From the NCBI GenBank assembly GCA_964602915.1, contig CAZRTB010000003.1, forward strand, positions 75,914-139,913: 64,000 nt of DNA, in the 5' to 3' direction. Made by a program: the position numbers and the translations under genes. Shown one piece after another: positions 50,422-59,409 of this stretch (the stretch's first letter is position 1; each line of letters starts with the position of its first letter). The DNA is from an uncultured Gammaproteobacteria bacterium. Lineage in GTDB: Bacteria > Cyanobacteriota > Vampirovibrionia > 2-02-FULL-35-15. Under the pieces are notes generated by a model. It was not told where the DNA came from and ran no database searches. It saw only the letters and a program-made list of their open reading frames with translations.

Positions 50422-51150
50422 ATGTCAAAGCTTTTATTAATTGAAGTAGGAAACTCTTTTATCCATTGGACTATATTTAGCAATAATGGCTTTACTCAAA
50501 AAGAGAATTTAAGACATGGTGAAGTCTCCGAATTACCATTTAAGGAAGTAAATGAAGTCATATTGATATGCCCAATAAAAGAGATAAAAGAAGAGCTCTT
50601 AAAAAGCATTAAAATACATGATCTTAATTATTCTGAAATTACTTTAGATTCTCAAAAATTTATAAAAAACACATATCCTACACTTGGAATTGATAGAGTT
50701 TGTAATTTGATAGGAGCGGTTCAAACAAGTGGATCTGAATACTATGTAGTTTTTGATTTTGGTACAGCGACTACAGTTTCAACATGTAGCAATGAAGGAG
50801 ATTTCATAGGCGGCTTAATTAAAGCAGGGATTAAAACAGAACTAATTTCTTTACATAAAAATACAAGAACACTGCCAGAAGTTAGAACAGCAGACATAAA
50901 AGATATAAATATAATCTCAAGAAATACTGAAGAAGCTATTCTAAATGGAGTATTATTTAGCCAGATTTCATTCTGTAAGAACTATCTAACCGAACTAGAG
51001 AAAAAGCTATCATTAAAAGCTAAAGTTTTTATTACTGGGGGAAATGCAGAATTAATATCCAAACTGTTTAATGAATATGATTCATATGATCCTTTATTAA
51101 CACTTAAAGGAATATATTATGCATCAACCACCCTTTGCAAGACCTGCTAA
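50422..51150 (+). CDS. coaX: Type III pantothenate kinase
   Basis: LLIEVGNS (DxGNT-like) and DFGTATT motifs at about 240 aa. Confidence 0.7.
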   Translation: MSKLLLIEVGNSFIHWTIFSNNGFTQKENLRHGEVSELPFKEVNEVILICPIKEIKEELLKSIKIHDLNYSEITLDSQKFIKNTYPTLGIDRVCNLIGAVQTSGSEYYVVFDFGTATTVSTCSNEGDFIGGLIKAGIKTELISLHKNTRTLPEVRTADIKDINIISRNTEEAILNGVLFSQISFCKNYLTELEKKLSLKAKVFITGGNAELISKLFNEYDSYDPLLTLKGIYYASTTLCKTC

Positions 51151-51918
51151 ATAATATTTTTGATAAACATATCTACGATAAATAAGTGCTAATTTAAATC
51201 CTATTTCTCCATCTAAGAACCCTAATCTAAAAATATATCTATAAATAAAACTCCAAATCGATCTTAGCTGAGGTAAGTAAAAGGTTTTTTCTTTAATTTC
51301 TTTTGATGCTAATTCTGCATACTTTTCTAAAGCACTTTTATAGTGATCTATATCAGTATAAGCAAAGTGGTCTAATGGATTATTTAAATACCCAATATTT
51401 CCTTCTAGTTTAATACTTTCATGTACACTTCTCTTTTCAAAGCCCGCTCCTGTACTTCTCTTAAAAAGCCTAAGCTGATAGTCAGGATAATAACCACCTC
51501 TTCTAATTAGTTTATCCCCTATATAAAAGCTTCTTGCAATTTTAAATCCAACATTATCACCAGGATTTATTAGTTTAGATATAATTTCATCTTTTAAAGC
51601 TCTAGTGATGATTTCATCAGCATCCAGGGACAAAATCCAGTCACAAGAACACTTTGAAATAGCTAGGTTTTTCTGATCAGAGTATCCCAGCCAATCCTGA
51701 TGAAATACTTTTACATCATGTTTTTTTAAAATTTCAGGCGTTCTATCAGTACTCCCAGAATCAACAACTATAATTTCATCAGCTAAATCTTTAATAGCAC
51801 TTATTGTTTTTTCAATAATACGCTCTTCGTTTAAAGTAATTATAGCTATTGAAAGGGTAATATCTTTTTTAATTTCAGAACTTTTGTTTTTTTTATTGTT
51901 CACCATATACTTATACAA
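51124..51918 (-). CDS. Family 2 glycosyltransferase
   Basis: LSIAIITLNEE...VVDSGSTD...DAD GT-A fold motifs. Confidence 0.75.
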   Translation of the reverse strand: MYKYMVNNKKNKSSEIKKDITLSIAIITLNEERIIEKTISAIKDLADEIIVVDSGSTDRTPEILKKHDVKVFHQDWLGYSDQKNLAISKCSCDWILSLDADEIITRALKDEIISKLINPGDNVGFKIARSFYIGDKLIRRGGYYPDYQLRLFKRSTGAGFEKRSVHESIKLEGNIGYLNNPLDHFAYTDIDHYKSALEKYAELASKEIKEKTFYLPQLRSIWSFIYRYIFRLGFLDGEIGFKLALIYRRYVYQKYYLAGLAKGG

Positions 51919-51952
51919 AAGCCCTGGGCGAAATATGACTTTAACATTAAAT

Positions 51953-52026
51953 TAGCTGGAGGCGGACTTGAACCGCCGACCTGTGGGTTATGAATCCACC
52001 GCTCTCACCAACTGAGCTACCCAGCC
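51953..52026 (-). tRNA. tRNA with a CAU anticodon (Met; could instead be a lysidine-modified Ile2)
   Basis: Manual fold: acceptor GGCTGGG/TCCAGCT (two G-U pairs), D-arm GCTC/GAGC, anticodon loop TTCATAA, T-arm GGCGG-TTCAAGT-CCGCC, discriminator A. No encoded CCA. Confidence 0.8.
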
Positions 52027-52219
52027 ATTTCTTCTATCAATCCTTTTTAGAGGACAGGATTTACCGAATGAATCAGATAAATCCTTCATGCTTCAAATAT
52101 GTCATTAAGAAAAGCATAATAGAGTAGGTTAATTATTATACCTAGAAATACAGATTTTATGAAAATTAATTAAAATTCTCGACTCAGGAGCAAAATCCTA
52201 ATAAATCGTCATATGTCTT

Positions 52220-52444
52220 ATGGATACTTCATATTCAAAATATTTCAAAGGCTCATTTGTTTTACTAATTTTGTTTTTAACTTTTTTTGCAGTAAATTTA
52301 TTTCTTACTATAAATAACAAACCTAAATCTGCATATTCTGCTCTTGGTGGTGAAAGAATAGAAGAAAATAACCCTAAGCTTACAGATACAAGAGCTCATA
52401 ACTGGAGTGATTTAAAAAAAAGTAATCTATATAAGAAAAAATAA
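52220..52444 (+). CDS. Small hypothetical single-pass membrane protein (74 aa)
   Basis: ORF with one hydrophobic helix downstream of the tRNA. No further support. Confidence 0.25.
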   Translation: MDTSYSKYFKGSFVLLILFLTFFAVNLFLTINNKPKSAYSALGGERIEENNPKLTDTRAHNWSDLKKSNLYKKK

Positions 52445-52549
52445 TTCCTCTAATTGCGTTATATAATTAATAACTAAGAAGTCTTCATATTAAAGATAAT
52501 TTGTTCTGTATTTTAACTATCCTCTTAAGTTAAGTATTAAGGAAAACAT

Positions 52550-54208
52550 ATGATTGAAAAAACATTAGTTAACAAACCCGCAGACAATTCCAACTCATCA
52601 TTTGAAACCATAAATCAAGCCATTGTTACAGCCTTAAAAATAGCTAATGTAAAAGTGATTTATAACTACCCTGGAAGGCCCGCTTCTCATCTTTTAGATG
52701 AAGTTAGAAGCTCTGGATCAAATATAGATGTTCAGGATTATTTACCAAATGAGTTTGTAGCTACTGCAAAAGGTTTTGGTAGCTCCGTTGCTGGTTGTGA
52801 AAGATCACTTGTGGTTTTTAAAGATGTTGGAACCAACCTTGCTTGTGACCATTTTTATTGTTTAAACCATATTGGAATTAACAGAGGTTTGGTTTTTTTT
52901 ATTAGCGATGATCCTTCTGCCTGGGCTTCACAAAATGAAGAGGATTCCAGAGGGATTTATTTTAATGCAGGTCTTCCAATTTTCGAACCTTGTGATCATT
53001 TTAGTGCTTACTATTCTACACTTTTGGCTTTTGAGCTTTCTGAAAGATTCAGGCTCCCATTTTTTATAAGAACCACTGGTCGTGCTCTTAAAGAAAACTA
53101 TGATAAAAAAAATAATGATTTTAAGAATGTAGTCGTCCCTACAAACCCTGATTTTGTAGACATTCCATTTGATGCTATAGATAAATGGACTTCTATTTTC
53201 AAATCTGTTGAAGAAGACAGAGAAGAACTCACCGAAAAGCAAATAGCAATTTCTAATTTCTTTGATAACTCTGGACTAAATATTACGAAAGGGAAATCAA
53301 ATCTAGGAGTAATTGCATCTGGATTTCCTGCTACTCAATTGGAGCTAGAAGGGCTTAATGATGGTTTAAGTTTATTAAAACTTATTTCAATATATCCTCT
53401 CCCAGAAAAAACTATAATGGACTTTCTAAGAGATAAAGATAGAGTCTTAGTAATCGATCAAGGAGAACCACTTCTGGAACTCTTAATTAGAGATTGTGCA
53501 CAAAGACATGGATACAACAAACCAATCCTTGGAAAACTAAATGGTTACGTTAGAAAAGTCGGAGAATTTAGGGATGATGATTTAAAGATTTCTGTAACTG
53601 CTTTAAAAGGAAATAAACACCCAGGGAAATTTCCAGCTCATAAAATTATTTCTCATGCACCATCATATAAAGATGGTGATGGGTTTAAGACAATGCTGGA
53701 GTGTTTAAAAAAAGCCGTACAAGAAACTGGAATAAGACCACTTTATTGTGGTGATGCAGGTCAATCATCTAGAGTCCCCGAGACAAAAGATATCGAAGAT
53801 ATGCTTCATATGGAAACGACGATGGGATGCGCTGTCTCATACCTCTCAGGAGGAATTGAAGCATACCAAAGATCAAAGACAAAGCTCCCATTTAAAGGAA
53901 TAGCATACATAGGAGATAGCGATTTCTTCCATAGTGCATTTAGCGGGATCTGTGAAGCCTCAGTAAAAAATCACCCAATACTAATGCTATTAGTAGACAA
54001 TCAAGGAGCAGTTTCAACAGGAAAACAACCACATTTAGGAATGAAAATTAATGATGAAATTAAGATTTTATCTATTAAAGAAATATTGCAATCAGCAGGT
54101 GTTAAACACATTACTGAAAGCGAAGTAAGTAAAAAAGAAGATTTAACTAAAAAGCTTATTGATGGAATTAAATCTAATGATTTTTACTGTGTCATTGTCC
54201 ACATGTAA
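52550..54208 (+). CDS. Thiamine-pyrophosphate enzyme related to the indolepyruvate/2-oxoacid:ferredoxin oxidoreductase alpha subunit (IorA-like), lacking the Fe-S cluster region
   Basis: N-terminal VIYNYPGRPASHLLD pyrimidine-binding-like domain and C-terminal YIGDSDFFHSAFSG (IorA-type GDSTFFHSG TPP-binding motif). No CxxCxxCxxxCP motifs. No iorB nearby. Confidence 0.5.
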   Translation: MIEKTLVNKPADNSNSSFETINQAIVTALKIANVKVIYNYPGRPASHLLDEVRSSGSNIDVQDYLPNEFVATAKGFGSSVAGCERSLVVFKDVGTNLACDHFYCLNHIGINRGLVFFISDDPSAWASQNEEDSRGIYFNAGLPIFEPCDHFSAYYSTLLAFELSERFRLPFFIRTTGRALKENYDKKNNDFKNVVVPTNPDFVDIPFDAIDKWTSIFKSVEEDREELTEKQIAISNFFDNSGLNITKGKSNLGVIASGFPATQLELEGLNDGLSLLKLISIYPLPEKTIMDFLRDKDRVLVIDQGEPLLELLIRDCAQRHGYNKPILGKLNGYVRKVGEFRDDDLKISVTALKGNKHPGKFPAHKIISHAPSYKDGDGFKTMLECLKKAVQETGIRPLYCGDAGQSSRVPETKDIEDMLHMETTMGCAVSYLSGGIEAYQRSKTKLPFKGIAYIGDSDFFHSAFSGICEASVKNHPILMLLVDNQGAVSTGKQPHLGMKINDEIKILSIKEILQSAGVKHITESEVSKKEDLTKKLIDGIKSNDFYCVIVHM

Positions 54209-54488
54209 AAAGTCCATCCATTTTTTCAGCAAGTTTAAAATCCAGCTCCGTAACTCCTGCGACGCTATGAGTAATGAGTTTTACATCAACATTTCCATAG
54301 ATATTTGACCATTCTGGATGATGATTCATCTTTTCACATTCAAACCCAACACCAACCATAAACTGCATAGCTTCTTTAAAGTTTTTAAATTTAAATAACT
54401 TGTGAAGCTTTCCATTACTTAACTGCCAATTTCTTAACCTAACAAGGTTAGACTTAATTTCTTCAATCGTTAATTTATGAACATCCAT
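54192..54488 (-). CDS. phhB: Pterin-4a-carbinolamine dehydratase
   Basis: 98 aa with the E-HHPEW motif (MNHHPEW). Confidence 0.8.
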   Translation of the reverse strand: MDVHKLTIEEIKSNLVRLRNWQLSNGKLHKLFKFKNFKEAMQFMVGVGFECEKMNHHPEWSNIYGNVDVKLITHSVAGVTELDFKLAEKMDGLFTCGQ

Positions 54489-54700
54489 AACTATCTATTT
54501 TAAATAATTAAGAAGAATTTGTGTAGAATTTTATAGAATTTAATTAAATTTTATCCTTAACCAATCTGAATATAGGTTTTATTGAAGAATTGAGTCAAAG
54601 AGGCTAGAATTTTTTGAACTATGCTAGTAATATATTTGGTTGTAAGGCTTAATTCTTAAGAATATTAAGGAATTAAGCCAAAATATCAAAGGAGAGAGTT

Positions 54701-54880
54701 ATGTCAAAAGAAAATTTAGTAGTAGGATCAAAAGTAAAAGATCTAATCAAAGATTCTGAACTTAGATCAGATGGTGATTTAGTAGAAGCACTTTCTGATA
54801 AAGTTGAAGCGATGTTAAAAGAAGCAATGAAACGTTGTAAAGAAAATGGTAGAAGTACAGTAAGACCTTGCGATTTATAA
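54701..54880 (+). CDS. Small histone-fold protein (bacterial histone HBb/DUF1931-like), 59 aa, not in the ORF track
   Basis: Manually translated: MSKENLVVGSKVKDLIKDSELRSDGDLVEALSDKVEAMLKEAMKRCKENGRSTVRPCDL. Shine-Dalgarno AAAGGAGAG 7 nt upstream and a textbook terminator immediately downstream. The helix-loop-helix pattern and the Lys and conserved Arg positions resemble bacterial histone-fold singlets. Confidence 0.55.
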   Translation: MSKENLVVGSKVKDLIKDSELRSDGDLVEALSDKVEAMLKEAMKRCKENGRSTVRPCDL

Positions 54881-54904
54881 GCCTATCTTTATAAATTAGA
54901 TTTT

Positions 54905-54932
54905 AAAAGCCTGCATTTCGCAGGCTTTTTTA
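54905..54932 (+). terminator. Rho-independent terminator of the histone-fold gene
   Basis: AAAAGCCTGC-atttc-GCAGGCTTTT followed by TTATTTT. Confidence 0.75.
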
Positions 54933-54949
54933 TTTTATAAGTTGCACTT

Positions 54950-56485
54950 TTACATTGCCGCAGAGCGTTTTACACTTTCTAATAATATTCTAGCTGAAAC
55001 AATATTTTCGGAAGATCCATTATTTCCGGTATTAATTTTCCTATCTATATCATCTAAATAAAGTTCATATGGACTTTTTCCTTTATGACCATGAAACAAA
55101 ATATAGTCTGGATCAACCAGATTTTCGTACAGTTGATCAATAGCAGTACTGAAAGGAGGTTTAGAACCTTGAATTGTAAAACTATCAATAGTAGGAATAC
55201 TAGAAGTAAGAAGAGTTTTTTTAACATGCTCTGAAACTGCAAGATCCCCTTGTTCTAACTTTGCAATTTCTCCAGTTCTAGAATCAATAGCAGAGCAAGC
55301 TACTCCAATATAGCTCCTAGAAACACCGAGTGAGTTAATCCTTTCAATTGGTTTTGGAAAAAAAGTTCTATCAACAATATCATTAATTTTAAAGACAACC
55401 TCAGTCAAAAGATGTTTTTTTGTTTGCCTGACCTGAGTATCACGACCGCCAAGCTCCTTTAATGTTTTTATTTGTAATTTATCAACTTTTTTATTTCCTA
55501 TTAAAAAATAAAATGGGGGCTTAGAATTATGATCTTTTTTATAATCTTCAATGCCTTCAACCACTGCATTTAGAGGAATAGAATTAATATCTAAAAGACC
55601 TGGATCCAGGATATAATGCTTTTTACCCTTGCCATCTTCTACAAAACAATTTCCAAAAGTTAAATCAAATGGACTAAAAAATAATCCTACAAGGTTTGCA
55701 GACTCAGCCGCAATTTCAGCGACATCAAATTCATCAGTATTTAAACCATATTTTTCTTCAAACCCTTTAATTAACAAAAAAGCTTCTGGTCTTGGAAACA
55801 TTGTGCCTATCAAAGCATCTAGATTCGTTCCTAATTTTCTTAAGTGTTTCACCTTTACGACATCAACACTTTCTCCTGAGGTAAATTTATAAGCCATTCT
55901 CAAATATCTATTAACCCATTTCTTATATTCATCTCTATTCCTATAAAATTTTTCAAATTTAGTTTCAGTAGTTACTTTTAATACTTTTGAATTTAAAATA
56001 TGAAAAGCAAATCCACTGGCAGGAAGGACTCCTGCAGAAGTACCATAAAAAGAATTAAAATTATTCATCCCTGAAAGCAAAGAGATTACATTTACAAGCA
56101 TTCCAGCACCCACTTCAGGAATTACTCTTATTTCTCCACCAGAAAAAATAATACCTCTAAAATTGTTGAGATTTTTCTTATCAAGAGATAAAGCACAGAT
56201 AATCTCAGCCAATTTTTGCTTGTTATCGTCAGAGAGATTATTAATTAATGCTCTAACTTCTGTAACCAAGAAATTAGAATACATTACTTTGTTTTTGTCG
56301 CCAGTAAATCTGGATATAATATTTTTTTCTATACAATCTTCAAAGAAACGATCAACAGATCTAAATCCTTCAGAATAATTCCTTGGACTTTTTAAAATCT
56401 CTGCACTTGAGACTTCAGTACAAGTTCTTTCTCTCAAAAAATTCCCCCTAAAGAGGGAAATCCCATTTATTGTTTTACTAATCAT
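54950..56485 (-). CDS. Patatin-like phospholipase domain protein (putative)
   Basis: Gly-rich oxyanion segment IIFSGGEIRVIPEVGAGML and lipase pentapeptide GTSAG, a DG(K)G segment later. N-terminal extension of about 100 aa. Confidence 0.45.
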   Translation of the reverse strand: MISKTINGISLFRGNFLRERTCTEVSSAEILKSPRNYSEGFRSVDRFFEDCIEKNIISRFTGDKNKVMYSNFLVTEVRALINNLSDDNKQKLAEIICALSLDKKNLNNFRGIIFSGGEIRVIPEVGAGMLVNVISLLSGMNNFNSFYGTSAGVLPASGFAFHILNSKVLKVTTETKFEKFYRNRDEYKKWVNRYLRMAYKFTSGESVDVVKVKHLRKLGTNLDALIGTMFPRPEAFLLIKGFEEKYGLNTDEFDVAEIAAESANLVGLFFSPFDLTFGNCFVEDGKGKKHYILDPGLLDINSIPLNAVVEGIEDYKKDHNSKPPFYFLIGNKKVDKLQIKTLKELGGRDTQVRQTKKHLLTEVVFKINDIVDRTFFPKPIERINSLGVSRSYIGVACSAIDSRTGEIAKLEQGDLAVSEHVKKTLLTSSIPTIDSFTIQGSKPPFSTAIDQLYENLVDPDYILFHGHKGKSPYELYLDDIDRKINTGNNGSSENIVSARILLESVKRSAAM

Positions 56486-56503
56486 TTAATTATTAGAATT
56501 ATA

Positions 56504-58987
56504 TTACACTAAGCCAATTTTTTCAAAAATATTAGCTAAACATTTATTCTGTGCAATATATAGAAAAGGTTTTATATACAAATTAGATACGGTTTTACCC
56601 GATTTAATTAGTTTTATAAATGCAGAATCATCATCAACCCTCTTAGAATAAGAAAGATCATGAGAATGGTTTATTAAATCTTCAGCAAAAAATGCCGCAT
56701 GTTTTGTAATCCACCTGGGCTTATGTCTAAATGACTTATTTAATCCAAATTTAGCAACAATTGATTCAGGGTAGTCATTTTTATCATAATTTTGTTTAAC
56801 TTTTGGCTTTTCATAAATATTTAAATTTTTCTTACAATGTATTATTTCAGAAAGAAGAATAGGAAGCTCACTTTGTAGAACATATGCATCAGCTAATCCA
56901 ACCTTAAAAGCATCTTCTCCTGAAAGTTTTAATCCAAGGTTTTTTAACTCTGCAGTACAAATCATCCTTTTTGCTAACTCTTTTCCAATAATAGCAGGCA
57001 ATTTCTCTGTACCACCCCAATCAGGAATTATACCCAAAGCAACTTCAGGCATTGCGACAAAAGCCTGATCAGTCATTATCCTATAGTCGCAGGCTAGTGC
57101 AAGCTCTAACCCACCACCTACAGCTGGTCCATCAAGAACAGCAAGAGTAGGAAGCTTACAATTAGAGACCTCTTCCATTACTCTCTTTCCGAGATTTCTA
57201 TATGCCAGAATTTTTTCAGTATTCCAATCCAAACTGTTTATATACTCTAGATCTGCACCAGAACAAAAAGCACCACCACCCTGACTTCTTATTATTACCG
57301 CTTTCACACCAGACTTTTCAAAAGTCTTAATGGTATCTGAAAGAGTATTTAACATATCAACACCTAAAGAATTTTGAATCATTTGAAGGTTTTGAATATG
57401 TAGTCTTCCAAGAACAATATATCCAATTTCATTTTGCACATAAGTCTGAATACCAGAGACATCTGACAATGAGACATTTATAATATCCCCAGATCTTGAT
57501 ATCCCGGTTTTCTCACTTGAATTAAAATTTTCATTTGCAATTTTTGAAAGCCTTAAGACTTCCTCATTACCCAAATCTCTGATTAGTTCAAAAGGACCAA
57601 CATTCCATTTAAATCCTTCTTTACAAGCAATTTCAATATCCTGGATTGAAGCTAATCCTTCATTGTAGATCTCTTGAGATATACAAACATAAGCAGATTT
57701 CAAACGATCTGAAATTACTGACGGTGATTGATAATTAGTAATTGATGGTTTAGGAAAGTCATAAGAAGTAATCTCAAAAGCTTTCTCGATATTATTTATG
57801 GCACCTCTTATTTTCTTTATTTGATCTTGAGCTAAAATTTTAATTTTTCCCACACAATCTGCTGGTGTAAAAAACGAGCCTAAACAAGCATGATTTTCAA
57901 GAATCTGGGAATATAAAACTTTCTGCCTTAATCTTCCCTCAGCAATTTCCAGCAATTCTTTTTTCTTTGTTAGGTTTCTTTCTTCTTTAATCTTTTTATA
58001 TAGCGATTTCTCATCTTTAAAGAAGCTTAGTTTTGGAGCTGAATAAAATTGTTTTTGAGCTTTACTTGTAGCAATTCTTATTTGTTTTGGATAAAAAGTT
58101 TCTAAGAAAATCTTGTCTATAAAAGCCTGCGATCCTAATCCTTCACTATATAGTTTAGCCGTTTCATTTAGTACTCCTACTAATATCCTGTTTGCCACAG
58201 CTCCAGGAGAATCTTTCCATGAAATAATAGGTTTCTTTCCCATAGATATAGCAAGATCTCTCATTGCCTGAATGACAACTTCTGAGGTATTACTCCCAGC
58301 AATTATTTCAATTAATGGATTTATATGTGCAGGTAAAAAGTAATGATAGCCAACGACTCTATCTGGATTATTAACTCTACTAGCAATATCATCTACTCTT
58401 AAAGAAGAAGTGTTAGTAGCTAAAATTGAGTTCTGGTTTAACACACAATTATAGAAACTAAAAACATCCTGCTTAAAAGAAACTATTTCCGGACCTGCTT
58501 CAAGAAGCATGGAAGAATTAGAATACTTCTCTTTTAAATTAGGTATTGTAGAACTTAAAAAAATCATTGCTGATGTATTATCAGAGATCTCATTAAAAGG
58601 GATTTTTCCACGCTCTGGGAAAACTACCATCTCATTAATTAAGTTCTTTTCTTTAATTATCTCTAACTGCTTTTTAGAGAGCTTTCTCTTTGCTACTGCT
58701 TTTTCAAGTGTTGAAAGTGCATTTTCTTTAGATTCTTTAAGCTTATCCTTATCTATATCCTGCATAATAACAGGAGTACTGGCTCTAGCAAAAGTAGAAC
58801 ATATTTTTGATCCCATTTCACCTGAAGATCCAAAAATTATAACACCATTTTTTTGAATTTCTTTTAATATTTCAGAGCTTTTTAAAACATCAACATTCTT
58901 AAATGAATCATAAAATTTATTCTTTTGCATTTGGGCTCCTGTAAAGCTAGAAATAATTATATAACCAAGCTCACTTATATGGAACAT
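56504..58987 (-). CDS. Bifunctional 3-hydroxyacyl-CoA dehydrogenase / enoyl-CoA hydratase (FadB-like) with reversed domain order (dehydrogenase N-terminal, crotonase C-terminal)
   Basis: N-terminal VIIFGSSGEMGSKI NAD-binding plus a 3-hydroxyacyl-CoA dehydrogenase (HACD) C-terminal domain. C-terminal FCSGADLEY and GGGLELALACDYRI crotonase motifs. Confidence 0.8.
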   Translation of the reverse strand: MFHISELGYIIISSFTGAQMQKNKFYDSFKNVDVLKSSEILKEIQKNGVIIFGSSGEMGSKICSTFARASTPVIMQDIDKDKLKESKENALSTLEKAVAKRKLSKKQLEIIKEKNLINEMVVFPERGKIPFNEISDNTSAMIFLSSTIPNLKEKYSNSSMLLEAGPEIVSFKQDVFSFYNCVLNQNSILATNTSSLRVDDIASRVNNPDRVVGYHYFLPAHINPLIEIIAGSNTSEVVIQAMRDLAISMGKKPIISWKDSPGAVANRILVGVLNETAKLYSEGLGSQAFIDKIFLETFYPKQIRIATSKAQKQFYSAPKLSFFKDEKSLYKKIKEERNLTKKKELLEIAEGRLRQKVLYSQILENHACLGSFFTPADCVGKIKILAQDQIKKIRGAINNIEKAFEITSYDFPKPSITNYQSPSVISDRLKSAYVCISQEIYNEGLASIQDIEIACKEGFKWNVGPFELIRDLGNEEVLRLSKIANENFNSSEKTGISRSGDIINVSLSDVSGIQTYVQNEIGYIVLGRLHIQNLQMIQNSLGVDMLNTLSDTIKTFEKSGVKAVIIRSQGGGAFCSGADLEYINSLDWNTEKILAYRNLGKRVMEEVSNCKLPTLAVLDGPAVGGGLELALACDYRIMTDQAFVAMPEVALGIIPDWGGTEKLPAIIGKELAKRMICTAELKNLGLKLSGEDAFKVGLADAYVLQSELPILLSEIIHCKKNLNIYEKPKVKQNYDKNDYPESIVAKFGLNKSFRHKPRWITKHAAFFAEDLINHSHDLSYSKRVDDDSAFIKLIKSGKTVSNLYIKPFLYIAQNKCLANIFEKIGLV

Positions 58988-59016
58988 TAAAGTTTAAATT
59001 AAACGTCATTAAAATC

Positions 59017-59409
59017 ATGATCCCTAAGAAAATGGAAAAAGAAACTATTAAAACAATATCCATTGATAATATTTTTTTAAAGAAAATCGTTTTCATTTAT
59101 AAAAAATTGAAAAATATAGCCAGATTTGAATCTATAAAGATTCAAAATCAAACCCCAAAACCAGCAGACCTGACAAAAGAACAACTTGAAAGAATTAAAT
59201 CCCTTGAAGGTAAAATAGGGTGTAGACTTGTAGCATATGAATCTGATGAAGAAATAAATGAAAGAAAAAACAGTATTCTTAGTCAAATTGAATTGTTATT
59301 AAATGAATATATTAATTTGTGTACGAATAGGAAAATTGAAAACAAGCCTGCTTTTTCTAAGCCAAAACAAAAGTTAATGAATAATGATTTTAATGGGTTT
59401 TTTGAATAG
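59017..59409 (+). CDS. Hypothetical 130-aa protein
   Basis: ORF only. Confidence 0.3.
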   Translation: MIPKKMEKETIKTISIDNIFLKKIVFIYKKLKNIARFESIKIQNQTPKPADLTKEQLERIKSLEGKIGCRLVAYESDEEINERKNSILSQIELLLNEYINLCTNRKIENKPAFSKPKQKLMNNDFNGFFE

